DNA of 33,963 nt from a virus. Its lineage: Duplodnaviria > Caudoviricetes. This document shows positions 8,395 to 17,900 of this stretch, piece by piece. The position numbers and the translations under genes were made by a program. Below the pieces are notes generated by a model. It was not told the origin of the DNA. It made no database searches and saw only the letters and a program-made list of their open reading frames with translations. The stretch lies in IMG/VR virus record IMGVR_UViG_3300023107_000066, positions 1 to 33,963 of that record; one strand, 5' to 3'. The stretch's first letter is position 1, and each line of letters starts with the position of its first letter.

Positions 8395-9300
8395 ATGGCC
8401 ATCACCGACAACACTTTTGCCCCCGAAGAGCTAACCGCCGCTATTGCCGCGAATCCAACTCTGATCCCTCACCTGGTTGGCGCCGTGAAAAGCTCCGGCT
8501 ACATCGCCCGTACGGCCGATGAAGAAAATAAATTCATCGGCGATAAGACCAAGGAGTTATATGATGGCCTGGACAAGGACCTCTTTGATACCTCGGGCGT
8601 CGCCAAGAATCCGACGGAAAAGACCTACGACTACGCTAAGCGGGTAGTAGGAGGCCTTAAAACCAGCCTCACGGAAGCCACCACGCCGCTACAGACCAAG
8701 ATTGCCGAGCTGGAAAAGCAGATCAAGGACGGCAACGGCAACGAAACCTTGAAAGCACAGCTGGAGCAGCTGCAGGAAAAGGAGAAGAAGTATCAGGAGG
8801 ACATCACCGACCGCGACACGAAGCTTTTCCAGAAGGATGTCATGCTTGACATCCGCGACGGCCTGCGGGCTGTCGAACTGAATAAGACGCTGCCGGAGTC
8901 GCTGCGGAAGCTCGCCGTCAATGACGCCACCAATGCTATCGTGGGCATGGCGAAGCTCCAAAAGAACGCTGACGGGACGGAGTCGGTGGTATACATCCGC
9001 GACAATAAAGTAGCGCTCAACAAGGATGGTCAGCCGGCTACGGCTGCCGACCTGTTGCAGGAGTTGCTGAAAGATGTGATTGAAGCTGGCCAGCTTGGCG
9101 CTGGTGGTGGTGCGGGTGCTGGTGGCACTGGTGGCGCCAGTGGTGGTGGCCGTAAGGCTGTGCCCACCTCGCTGCCTGCCACGGTGAAAACCCAGGGCCA
9201 ACTACACGACTACCTGAAGGAGTACGGGCTTATCGCTGACACCGAGGAGTACGACAAAGCCTGGGACGCCCTGAAAGGCGACACCCTCTCGCTTCGCTAA
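8395..9300 (+). CDS. Capsid scaffolding protein
   Basis: Coiled coil, Gly-rich linker, short C-terminal domain; immediately upstream of the capsid gene. Confidence 0.75.
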   Translation: MAITDNTFAPEELTAAIAANPTLIPHLVGAVKSSGYIARTADEENKFIGDKTKELYDGLDKDLFDTSGVAKNPTEKTYDYAKRVVGGLKTSLTEATTPLQTKIAELEKQIKDGNGNETLKAQLEQLQEKEKKYQEDITDRDTKLFQKDVMLDIRDGLRAVELNKTLPESLRKLAVNDATNAIVGMAKLQKNADGTESVVYIRDNKVALNKDGQPATAADLLQELLKDVIEAGQLGAGGGAGAGGTGGASGGGRKAVPTSLPATVKTQGQLHDYLKEYGLIADTEEYDKAWDALKGDTLSLR

Positions 9301-9304
9301 CTAC

Positions 9305-9387
9305 CAGGGCCGGCCGCACGGGACGCTGGCCGGCCCTGCTTACCGCTTACCGCTTACCTACTGCGTGATTACGGGACGGCCGCGCAG
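9305..9387 (+). promoter_or_regulatory. Two ACGGGAC-loop hairpins in the major capsid leader
   Basis: CAGGGCCGGCCGC-ACGGGAC-GC(T)GGCCGGCCCTG (9305-9338) and CTGCGTGATT-ACGGGAC-GGCCGCGCAG (9361-9387, G-U pairs and one mismatch). Confidence 0.6.
9338..9358 (+). repeat. Tandem repeat (GCTTACC)x3
   Basis: GCTTACCGCTTACCGCTTACC between the two hairpins. Confidence 0.9.
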
Positions 9388-9425
9388 GACCTGTTCATTT
9401 CTCTTCACTTTTCCCTTCTCAGACG

Positions 9426-10508
9426 ATGGCTTCCATCACCCAAACCCTCAAACAGGCCCTCCGCACCCGTTATCGTCGTGGTACTGGCGGCCTGGACAAC
9501 CTGGAACTGCGCGGCTCTGTCTACGGCGCCTACAACCTCTACAAGAAGCAGACGGCTTCGCCCACGGGCATTGTGACGCCGGAGCTTAAAGCTGCTCTGG
9601 AGCAGAGCTTCGGCAACACCGTGCAGGTGCCCGTCATCGACTGGATGGCGCCCACCATCGGCAACGTGCGTACCTGCGCCGTGCAGGTGGGCGGCCTCGT
9701 CTCCAAGCTGGTGGAGTTCACGGCCGTGACGCTGACCTTCGGTTTTCCGATGATCCGCTCGCAGTTCATTAACAACAACATCAGCGAAGTAGACTTCTTC
9801 TACCGGATGTTCGAAGCGCGCCGGCTGGCCGCTATGGAACTGCTCGACACCTGGTCGGTGGACCACCTGGAGGATAATAAGAACCAGTATTTCCCTGCCG
9901 AAATCCTGCAATACTACCCCGAGGCCAACGACGCGCTGCAGGTACCCGGCGACAAGGAGGAGCGCATTGAGTTCTACAACCAGATCCGCTCGATCCTGAG
10001 CTCGATGGACTTCACGGGCAACCCCGACGTGGTGACCAACCCGATGGCCATGGGCGACATCCGCACCGTGCTGGGTGCCGGTACCACTGACGCCGGTAAC
10101 CTGGCCTACGTGTTGGATTCGGTGGGCAGCTTCTTCGAGTCCAACCGCGTGATTGCCGGCACCGGCAACCGCGCCGTGCTCTACCTGGTGGGCGCCAACT
10201 CCGTGGGCATGGTGACCCGCATCGACCCGGACTGCGAGCGTGGCGAAACCCACGGCGGCCCCGAAAACCCCGTACGGGAGTGGACGAAACAGGAGGTGCC
10301 CGGCATCGGCACGATGGGCCTGTACTACCGCGCGGATTGCGCCGATCAGTCGGCTACGCTAGCCGCCCAGAACCTGCAGGGTCTGACCCGCACCTCGGTG
10401 GAGTCCTTCGAGTGGAGCATGGATGTCTTCTTCATCAAGCTCTACAACTCGGCCAGCGGTACCCGCTACTTCCCCATCATCAAGGTGGAGCAGAAAACGG
10501 CCGCCTAA
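9426..10508 (+). CDS. Major capsid protein
   Basis: 360 aa after the scaffold, GNTVQVPVI E-loop-like motif, strong codon bias, followed by a terminator. Confidence 0.8.
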   Translation: MASITQTLKQALRTRYRRGTGGLDNLELRGSVYGAYNLYKKQTASPTGIVTPELKAALEQSFGNTVQVPVIDWMAPTIGNVRTCAVQVGGLVSKLVEFTAVTLTFGFPMIRSQFINNNISEVDFFYRMFEARRLAAMELLDTWSVDHLEDNKNQYFPAEILQYYPEANDALQVPGDKEERIEFYNQIRSILSSMDFTGNPDVVTNPMAMGDIRTVLGAGTTDAGNLAYVLDSVGSFFESNRVIAGTGNRAVLYLVGANSVGMVTRIDPDCERGETHGGPENPVREWTKQEVPGIGTMGLYYRADCADQSATLAAQNLQGLTRTSVESFEWSMDVFFIKLYNSASGTRYFPIIKVEQKTAA

Positions 10509-10527
10509 GATTCTCGCCGCTCTTCAG

Positions 10528-10562
10528 AAAACGCCCGGTCCGGCTTCGGGTCGGGCGTTTTT
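10528..10562 (+). terminator. Rho-independent terminator after the capsid gene
   Basis: AAAA-CGCCCGGTCCG-GCTT-CGGGTCGGGCG-TTTTT. Confidence 0.85.
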
Positions 10563-10684
10563 GTGAGGGCTTTGCCGGCTTCCACGAGCTCGGCAGCAGT
10601 GAATCCCAGCTTTGCCGTGGTAAGCGCCTGAGCTGCCTGAAGAACCTCTGTCGGAGCTTTCTTTTCCATAGAACAAGATACGCA

Positions 10685-11800
10685 ATGTTCAACTCCCTCA
10701 CCCTGGCCGCGCTGCTGGCTACGACCATCGGCTACCGCCTCACCTCCGCCAGCGCCACCGACGAGCCCCAGGCCGTGCCCCCGGCGCTCCAGGCCGCCGA
10801 GGGCACGCTAGCCATACAGGACGTGCACCCGCTGCTCACCCTGCGCAACCTGCGCATGGCGGCCCCGCAGATGCCGGAAGCCGACTTCTTTATCTACCTG
10901 GACACCGCCCGCGTGACTGCGGCCACGAAGGTGTTGGACGCACTACGGCAGCAGAAGCAGCTGGCCGGCACCGGCAAGCGCCTGCTGGAAAGCCGCCTGC
11001 TCACGGCCCGCAGTGGCGAGTACCGCAACAAGATCATCCGGGAGGGCCGCTTCGTGGGCCTAGCCCTACGGCCCCGCGCCGATAAGCCCCAGGTGGCCGT
11101 GCGCATCACGGCCGTGGGCACGCAGTTTACCCAGCCCGAGCCGGGCTTCAAGCTGCTGCTGCTGCACAGCTCGGATATGACTACGCCGGTGCGGGAAATA
11201 GACCTTCCCCGCACCGACAAGGTCTATTTCGAGTGGACCCCGCTTGTAATTGACCTTTCCAGCAAGCCAGGCGGCACCTGGTTTCTGGGCTATAACGAGT
11301 CGGTGATGAGCGGGCAGGCCATTCGCCTCGATCAGAACCTACAGCAGCGCCCGGGGCAGTGCTGCGGTACCGATTACGTCAACTTCGACGCCTGGAACCC
11401 CTACGTGCAGGTGCTGCCCTTCAGCCGCGCCACGCCCGAGGCGGATATCCTCTACCAGTCGAATACTAACTGGGGGCTGAACCTGCAACTGGAAGCATCC
11501 TGCGACCTGACGGGCTACCTGAGTACCCAGCTGCCCGCCTTCGAGCCGGCCCTGCGGCTCCAGCTGGCCGTGGACCTGCTCACGATGATGGCCAACAGCA
11601 CCCGCAACAACGGCTTGGAGGCGCAGGTCAAGGGCATGGCCCTGGTGGAACTCAATAACCGCCCGAACACCAACCAGAAGGGCTTCCTCTCCCAGCTGGC
11701 CGACGCGCTGGCGGCCCTGGATGTGGACTTGTCAGCCGTGCCCGCCCGGTGCCTGCCCTGCGCCACCAAGCCGGGCGCCGTTAAATACGGCCGGGTGTAA
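10685..11800 (+). CDS. Putative head-tail adaptor or structural protein
   Basis: ATG 10685 after the terminator; position after the capsid gene; helical N- and C-termini with a central beta domain. Confidence 0.55.
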   Translation: MFNSLTLAALLATTIGYRLTSASATDEPQAVPPALQAAEGTLAIQDVHPLLTLRNLRMAAPQMPEADFFIYLDTARVTAATKVLDALRQQKQLAGTGKRLLESRLLTARSGEYRNKIIREGRFVGLALRPRADKPQVAVRITAVGTQFTQPEPGFKLLLLHSSDMTTPVREIDLPRTDKVYFEWTPLVIDLSSKPGGTWFLGYNESVMSGQAIRLDQNLQQRPGQCCGTDYVNFDAWNPYVQVLPFSRATPEADILYQSNTNWGLNLQLEASCDLTGYLSTQLPAFEPALRLQLAVDLLTMMANSTRNNGLEAQVKGMALVELNNRPNTNQKGFLSQLADALAALDVDLSAVPARCLPCATKPGAVKYGRV

Positions 11801-12237
11801 TGCGGCGGCTCGACAACCTGGAGCGGGCACTGAAGCGGCTCCCCGACGTGCTGGAACTGGCCACCGAGCAGGTGGTGCAGGACAACCGCGCCTTTTTGGA
11901 GGATGCCAACACGGCCCAGCTCGCCGCTGGCGTAGACCGGGAAGGCGAGCCGATTACGCCGGAATATGCGCCCCTCACCGTAGCCATTAAGCAGGCAAAA
12001 GGGCAAGTTTCAAACCGTGTAACTTTACGAGACGAGGGGGATTTCTACAGCGGCATACTCGCCCAGCTGAGCCCGGCCGGCGTGGAGCTGGTCGGCACCG
12101 ACCCCAAGACCGCCGGGCTCACCGAGAAGTACGGCGAAGAGATTCTGGGGCTCACCGATGCCCACGTTGCCGAGTTCCGAGAAGACTACGTGAAGCCCGA
12201 GCTGCTTCAGAAAACCCGTGAAACGTTAGGACTATGA
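11800..12237 (+). CDS. Putative neck/tail-completion (virion morphogenesis-like) protein
   Basis: YAPLTVAIKQAKGQ...VTLRDEGDFYSGI resembles the morphogenesis-protein LxDTGxL motif; TAATG coupling. Confidence 0.6.
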   Translation: MRRLDNLERALKRLPDVLELATEQVVQDNRAFLEDANTAQLAAGVDREGEPITPEYAPLTVAIKQAKGQVSNRVTLRDEGDFYSGILAQLSPAGVELVGTDPKTAGLTEKYGEEILGLTDAHVAEFREDYVKPELLQKTRETLGL

Positions 12238-12542
12238 CCGACGCAGACGAATCCCCGATGTTCAAAGAGTTGGACGGAAACACCCTGTTTATGGCCACCA
12301 ACTTCTGGCAGGCTGAAACCGGCGTCATGCGTTTCGCCACGGGCATATGGCCCTGGGAAGAAATCAGCTCGGTGGAGCACATCAGCGAGGACATCATGCC
12401 CGAGGTACAGCCTCGGTGCGCCCTAAAGTGGCAGGGCGCCTACCTCTATCTACAGGTGGAATTTACTGTTGCCGCCAACGCCTGGCGCCGGTACCGCCTG
12501 CGCTACGGCAGCAAGCACCTCACCTTCACCACCGAAAACTAA
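12234..12542 (+). CDS. Hypothetical protein
   Basis: ATGA-coupled 102 aa ORF. Confidence 0.6.
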   Translation: MTDADESPMFKELDGNTLFMATNFWQAETGVMRFATGIWPWEEISSVEHISEDIMPEVQPRCALKWQGAYLYLQVEFTVAANAWRRYRLRYGSKHLTFTTEN

Positions 12543-12543
12543 G

Positions 12544-13113
12544 ATGTCCGTTTCCTACCTCAACCCCCAGGCGCCCACGCTGCCCGACCCGGTCGGGCTT
12601 GATAAGGAAATCCAGCGCGTGCAGCTGCTGCTGGCCGCCAAGCTCCCCTGGCTGCAGGTGAGCTACGGCAAGGCGTACCGCGGTGGCCGGCGGGACGGCA
12701 CCAAGACGCTCTACTACCCCGAGGTGTACGACGCCGAGCGGGAATACCGCGACGTGCTGCCCAACGACAACGTGCGGGCGCAGAGCTTCTTCTACCCGCG
12801 CGACCCGGCCAGCAATCCGGATCAGGAGCCTACGCCGCTGGGGTTGGCCCTCAACCAGCCGGTGGATATCATCTTCTGGTACTCGCTCCAGCAGGTGGAC
12901 CCGACCAAAGATTACCGCTACGACGCGGAGCTGCTGCGCGACGTGCTGCGGGTGCTGGCCAGCGCCAGCGTGCAGGTGCAGCGGGTATACACCGCGGCCG
13001 AGGAGGTGTTTCGGGGCTTCTCGCTCGACACGGTGGCCGAGCAGTGCCTACGGCATCCATTCGGCGGCTTCCGGATCCAGACTGAACTGAGCTTACAGAA
13101 CGTGCTATGCTAA
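12544..13113 (+). CDS. Putative tail terminator/completion protein
   Basis: ATG 12544; about 189 aa alpha/beta protein at the end of the head-tail block. Confidence 0.5.
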   Translation: MSVSYLNPQAPTLPDPVGLDKEIQRVQLLLAAKLPWLQVSYGKAYRGGRRDGTKTLYYPEVYDAEREYRDVLPNDNVRAQSFFYPRDPASNPDQEPTPLGLALNQPVDIIFWYSLQQVDPTKDYRYDAELLRDVLRVLASASVQVQRVYTAAEEVFRGFSLDTVAEQCLRHPFGGFRIQTELSLQNVLC

Positions 13114-13382
13114 CTGAGCTGCTTTCGCTGGTGCTACTCGTGGGCCTGACGGCGGCCACGTTGCTGATCTGCTTTGAAAAGTGGGGCTGGCTGCGGGCCT
13201 GGGAAGTCCGGCGGCCGTCGTGGCTGATGCGACGGTGCGACTTCTGCGCCGGCTTCTGGTTAGCCGTGGGGCTGTTCGTGGTGGCCGTGCTCTGGCTGAA
13301 GCTGCCGTGGTGGTGGGTCGGTGGGGCGCTGCCAGCAGCGGCAGCATGCCGGGCTATCATGGTTTTCGGAGTAAACAGTTAA
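13107..13382 (+). CDS. Small membrane protein with CxxC (DUF1360-like)
   Basis: Hydrophobic helices flanking CDFCAGFW. Confidence 0.65.
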   Translation: MLTELLSLVLLVGLTAATLLICFEKWGWLRAWEVRRPSWLMRRCDFCAGFWLAVGLFVVAVLWLKLPWWWVGGALPAAAACRAIMVFGVNS

Positions 13383-14278
13383 TGCACAAGCTCACGAAAT
13401 GTATTAACTGTTTTTTTATCATCGCAATCAAAAGCATGCACTCGTAATACAGGCAAATCTCCTTTGTCAATCACAATGGTTTCCGTATTGGCGCTATCAG
13501 AAAATACAAAAACATCATTAACCTTGCCTATATATACCATATAATGGCGACTGTTATTCAGTTTTTCAGGCAAATCCTTGCACAGAGCATAATGAAATCT
13601 TTTACCCTTAACAATACTTTGTGATTCGCTGTATCCATTTGCAATTGCACTTACTGGCAAAAAAACAATAAGCATTATAAAAACATGATCTACTAAATAA
13701 ACCCATGCTTGATTTTCAACTGATACACCTAATAAGTTATCAGGCCAAAGATCAGCATTGCGCATAATCATATGAAATAGCTGCGCAACTAAAAAACCAA
13801 CAAGGGCACTTTGGTATTTATCTTGCGGGGATTGAACAATTCTCCAAATAATAAATACAATACCAATTGAAATTAATACGCCGACTAAAATATCTGCAAT
13901 CTTTAACTTACTTAAATGATTTGCAAGGTATTTATCAAATTTCTTTAATTTATCTTTATATTCCTCATCCAATTCTATGCGCTGGGCATTGCTTGATTGT
14001 TCTTTGCCCTGAATATCATCAACAGAATCAAGATCAAGCAAATCCCCAGCTTGTTTTATATTGCCAACAGGTATAAATATTGAGGTCAAGACAATAAACA
14101 TAATAGCTGACACAAAATACACCCCACTGTATTTGAAAGGAAATATAATACCAAGCAAAAAGTCTTGAGGCTCAAAGAATGGCAGAATATCGAAGTCGAA
14201 CACCCACCAAAAGGACACATAGTACAGACAAGACACCACAACCAAGAAGGTTACATACGTAGTAGCAGCTCTAAGCAT
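13379..14278 (-). CDS. AT-rich moron: multi-pass membrane protein
   Basis: 299 aa with about 5 hydrophobic segments; abrupt AT-rich composition; antisense to the structural genes. Confidence 0.8.
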   Translation of the reverse strand: MLRAATTYVTFLVVVSCLYYVSFWWVFDFDILPFFEPQDFLLGIIFPFKYSGVYFVSAIMFIVLTSIFIPVGNIKQAGDLLDLDSVDDIQGKEQSSNAQRIELDEEYKDKLKKFDKYLANHLSKLKIADILVGVLISIGIVFIIWRIVQSPQDKYQSALVGFLVAQLFHMIMRNADLWPDNLLGVSVENQAWVYLVDHVFIMLIVFLPVSAIANGYSESQSIVKGKRFHYALCKDLPEKLNNSRHYMVYIGKVNDVFVFSDSANTETIVIDKGDLPVLRVHAFDCDDKKTVNTFRELVH

Positions 14279-14287
14279 TAGATTAGG

Positions 14288-14321
14288 AGGATTAGTTATT
14301 TGTAAAGGAATAACTAATCCT
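14288..14321. promoter_or_regulatory. 13-bp perfect inverted repeat between divergent accessory genes
   Basis: AGGATTAGTTATT, 8-nt spacer, AATAACTAATCCT. Confidence 0.6.
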
Positions 14322-14377
14322 TGGATAGACCATACTTTTCAAAAATCCATTTTAGGCAGTTTCGTATATTGGCTGCC

Positions 14378-14842
14378 ATGAAACACTTAGCTACTCTCCG
14401 CTACCTCCTACTTGTGCTCCTGTTCGCCACGGCTTCGGCTTGTGGTGACGACGAAGGGAAGCAGGCCGACCCCGCGCCCACCTCCCACAGCGTGGCTATC
14501 CACTACATTGGCGCTGGCCTAAACAACCTGGGCGCCCGCATCGCCGCCGGTATCATCCCGCCCAGCGGCCCCTCGCAAAGCCTGCTGAACATCGACCCGA
14601 TTCCGGGCGCTCAGGTGGACGTCACCACGGCTGCCAGCACGGTGCCCACCTCCTCCGACTTCTCCGTCACAGTCGACTTCACCACCGTGAAAGGCACGGC
14701 CAAAGCTCCTGCCGGTGCCTACCTGAAAGCAGAAATCATCGTCGATGGCAAGGTGCGCAAGACGGTCCAGATTGACTCGACAACCCCGGCCGGAGCCGCC
14801 TACGTGACCGGCAACGCTACCATTCTGAGTAAGGAGTGGTAG
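14378..14842 (+). CDS. Lipoprotein, probably surface-exposed
   Basis: MKHLATLRYLLLVLLFATASA-CGDDEG: signal II followed by acidic residues like the Bacteroidota lipoprotein export signal. Confidence 0.8.
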   Translation: MKHLATLRYLLLVLLFATASACGDDEGKQADPAPTSHSVAIHYIGAGLNNLGARIAAGIIPPSGPSQSLLNIDPIPGAQVDVTTAASTVPTSSDFSVTVDFTTVKGTAKAPAGAYLKAEIIVDGKVRKTVQIDSTTPAGAAYVTGNATILSKEW

Positions 14843-14854
14843 GCGACCTGCCAT

Positions 14855-14893
14855 AAAAAAAGCCCCGCCAGCGTACTGCTGACGGGGCTTTTT
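14855..14893. terminator. Bidirectional terminator between the lipoprotein and tape measure genes
   Basis: AAAAAAAGCCCCGCCAGC-GTACT-GCTGACGGGGCTTTTT. Confidence 0.9.
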
Positions 14894-14903
14894 ACTTTCC
14901 GGG

Positions 14904-17900
14904 CTACCCGTTGCGGCGGTAGTAGGAGTTGGTGTGCTTGGTGATGGTGCCGCCCTGCTTCGTGTAGAGTCGCAGGCCGTCTTCGGTGAGCCGCCACTCC
15001 GGCCGCTCGTGCAGGGCCTGGATGATGCGGTCCGCGTCGCGGCTGCTGGCCTGCGCCGCGGCGGCAGCTACGGCCGCCACCTCTGCCGAGGCGCCCCCAG
15101 ACCGCCCGCTCCGGATATCCGCCACCTGTCCCTGCATCGTGGTCAGGTAGCGACGCTGGATAAGCAGATCCTGTAGCGCCCGGTCGTTGCGCAGGATCTG
15201 CTCGGTGCGAAAGTTGGTGCGCACCTTGTCGCCGGCCTGCAGGTAGGTTATTGTCGGCTTCTCGACGAGCCGCATTCCGCCGGAGCGGCCCTCAATCAGC
15301 TCGCGGCCCTGCTCACCGACCATAGCCCATTCCGCCGGTCCGCCCTCCCGGCCCTTGAAATACTGCGGGATGGGTTTGGCGGCAATGACTGCCGCCTGGG
15401 CTACGCCCTGGGCAATCACCAGCGCCGAGAGGATGCCGGCGCTAATCCCAAAATCCGCGTAGCGCGTGCCGCCACCCGTGCTCAGCACCGAGGTCACGGC
15501 CATGGCCGTGTTGAGGGCCACGTTGAACAGGGCCGCCGTTTTGTCGGCTTTGGCCTGCTTCTGCCGCAGGGCCAGCTCGCGCTTGCGGTAGTTCTCCTCA
15601 ATCTGGGCTTTGAGCTCGGCATTGTCGCCGGCTACGAGCAGCTCCTGCTCCTTTTTGTGGGCCAAATCATCCAACTCCTGCTGCCGGCGACCCGCGCCGA
15701 TCTGGTAGAAGGCGTCAGCAATGGCCTGCGTATTCTGCAGGCCTTCGATGATGAGCGCGCCTTCCTCTTCCCGCAGCCGCTTCTTCTCTGCATTCTGGTT
15801 GCGCACCCGTTGCAGGGCCTCCTCGTCAGCCTGGCGCTGGGCCTGGGCGTCTTTCTGCAGGTTATCAACCCGGTGAGCGCCGTAGTCGTCATCAAGCTGC
15901 TTGAGCTGCTTGTAGTAGTCCTTTTCCGAAATCAGCCCGGCGGCTAACTTCTGCTCCAGGGCCAGCTGGTCCTGCACGTAGCGCTTCTGTAGCTCCGAAT
16001 TGGCCAGGTCAGAGTTGTTGGCCCGCGGCCGGGCCAAAATCTCGGCCTTCTGCTTTTCGAGCTCTTCCAAGATGAGCTTCTCCTGCAAGGCGTCCCCCTT
16101 GGCGGCCCGGATTTTACTCTGGGCTTCCAGCTCGGCAATTTCGATCCGCCGGGCGGCCGCATCGAGCAGGGCCTGCTGCCGCTCCTGCGCCGAGCGGTTT
16201 TCATCCTGGGCAATCGTCTCCAGCGCGTCGATTTCGCTGTTGATGGCCAGCTTGTCGATGGCCGTGAGCTGGTCGAGCAGAGTATTGTGCAGGGCCAGAA
16301 TCTGCTTATCGGTGCTGCGCTCGATGTCAAGCTTCTTAGCCGAAAACTGCTCGGTGAGCCGCACCCGCGCCACCTCCAGGGCCTGGGTACCGCCAACCTG
16401 GTTTTTGTAGGTCAGGGCCGCCTCGTGAATCAGTTCGTCCCGCTCCACCTCGACCAGCTTAATGCGGGCCTCTTTGCCTTTTTGCAAGGCGCGGGTGCGG
16501 ATTTCTTCGCTGTTGGCCACGTTGCCCGCCTGCCGGTCGTAGTCGGCAATGCTGGCTTCCAAGCGCTGTTTTCGCAGCGCGTTTTCCTCCTTGATGAGGT
16601 CGGCGACGGCCTGCTTTTTCTTTTTGTCGACCTCTACGCTGTTATCCTCCGCGTTGGTCGCGTCATCGGTGGCCTGCGCCAGCAGCGTGTAGGCGCCGGC
16701 GGCATCGTAGCCGAGCCGGCGCAGCTGGGCCAGCACCTTGTTGCGGGCGTCTTCGGCCCGGGCGGCCTTGTTGGCGGCCAGCTGCGAGTCGTTGGTGAGC
16801 TTGACGTACTCGGTGTAGGTAGCCATCGTCTTGGGGCTGATGGCGCCCTCCGAGCTGTCGTAGAGCTTCGGGGTGGCTTCGCGCTGCCGGATCTGCTGGG
16901 GCAGCACCTTCTCAAAATCGGCCGATTGCAGGCCCGTGGCGGCGCGCACGAGCTTTTCCCGCGCGGTGGCCTCTTCCTGGATAGCCGTGGCCGTGGCGCG
17001 GGACATGCTGGCTTCCTTGTCCAGATTCTGCAGGCGCTTAGCCAGGGCCGTGGCATCCTCCAGGTATTTGGCCCGGGCCTCCTTGGTGTTACGGGCCACC
17101 GCGGCCGTGTTCAGGTCGTACTGCCCCGTCTGCTGGTTGAGAATGACGGCCGTCTCGCCCAGCCGGTCCTTGAGCTGGAGCACGGTTTCGCGCAGCTGAT
17201 TCTGCTCGGCAATGCTGGGCTTGGTCACGGCGCTCAGGCGCGTGAAGCGGGCCAGCAGGCTGTCGGTGCCGTCAGCAAACTTGCGCTGGTTCAGGGCCGA
17301 ATCGGCCAGGCCCTTGCCGTAGTCATCGAGCTGCTTCTTCGCCAGGCCGAGCAGGCGGCCGTCGAACAGGGCCCCGAAGCCGTCCTTAAAATTCAACGAG
17401 GCCCGGGCGCTGTCGACCAACCACTTCAGCGAGGATTCGGCGGCGCCGCTGGTAAAGAACTCGCTGACATCCCGCTTCAGCTTCGCCCACGAGCCTGCTA
17501 GGTTATCGTTCTTGATCCGAGCTTCTTCCGTTACAGATGTTGCCAAAATCAGCTGCTCATTCGCCGTAGCCTGCCGCTCGGCAAACAGCTCCGTGTTTTT
17601 AGCCAGCGTGGTGATGGCATTCTTCGCCTCGCCACTCTGGAGCTTCAGCGTAGCTAAGAGAGCATTGAATTCGGTGGTCGTATGGCCACCGGCGTTCAGA
17701 CCTTTCAAGAACGCCTGGATGGCACCCTGGAAATCATTATTTACCAGATGCTTAAATTGCTTCAGGGTCAGGTTCGCGTCGCCAATCTTGGCAATGGCGA
17801 AGCTTTCCTTCGTTTTGGTGCTGAGCGTGCTGAACAGGCGGTTCAGAGATGTGCCAGATGTTTCAGCGTTGAAGCCTGTTTCCTGCAGCACAGCAGCGTA

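Noticed and set aside
8968-8987. Extra ACGGGAC within the scaffold CDS
   Set aside because: The motif is partly in the stem rather than the loop and is explained by coding (ADGTES); likely chance
9099-9150. GGT/GGC-rich repeat
   Set aside because: Encodes the Gly-rich scaffold linker
10280-10684. Open -1 frame linking the capsid 3' end to the 10685 gene (possible capsid frameshift fusion)
   Set aside because: No canonical slippery heptamer near the capsid stop, a terminator intervenes, and the extension is not protein-like
10563-10684. Possible ncRNA after the capsid terminator (short hairpin, GCTTTGCCG twice)
   Set aside because: Weak structure expected at this GC content; no recognisable family
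16287-17501. 404 aa plus-strand ORF and many other long antisense ORFs (e.g. 21367-22401, 9405-10253, 30193-31005)
   Set aside because: Shadow frames of GC-rich genes with strong codon bias; no motifs
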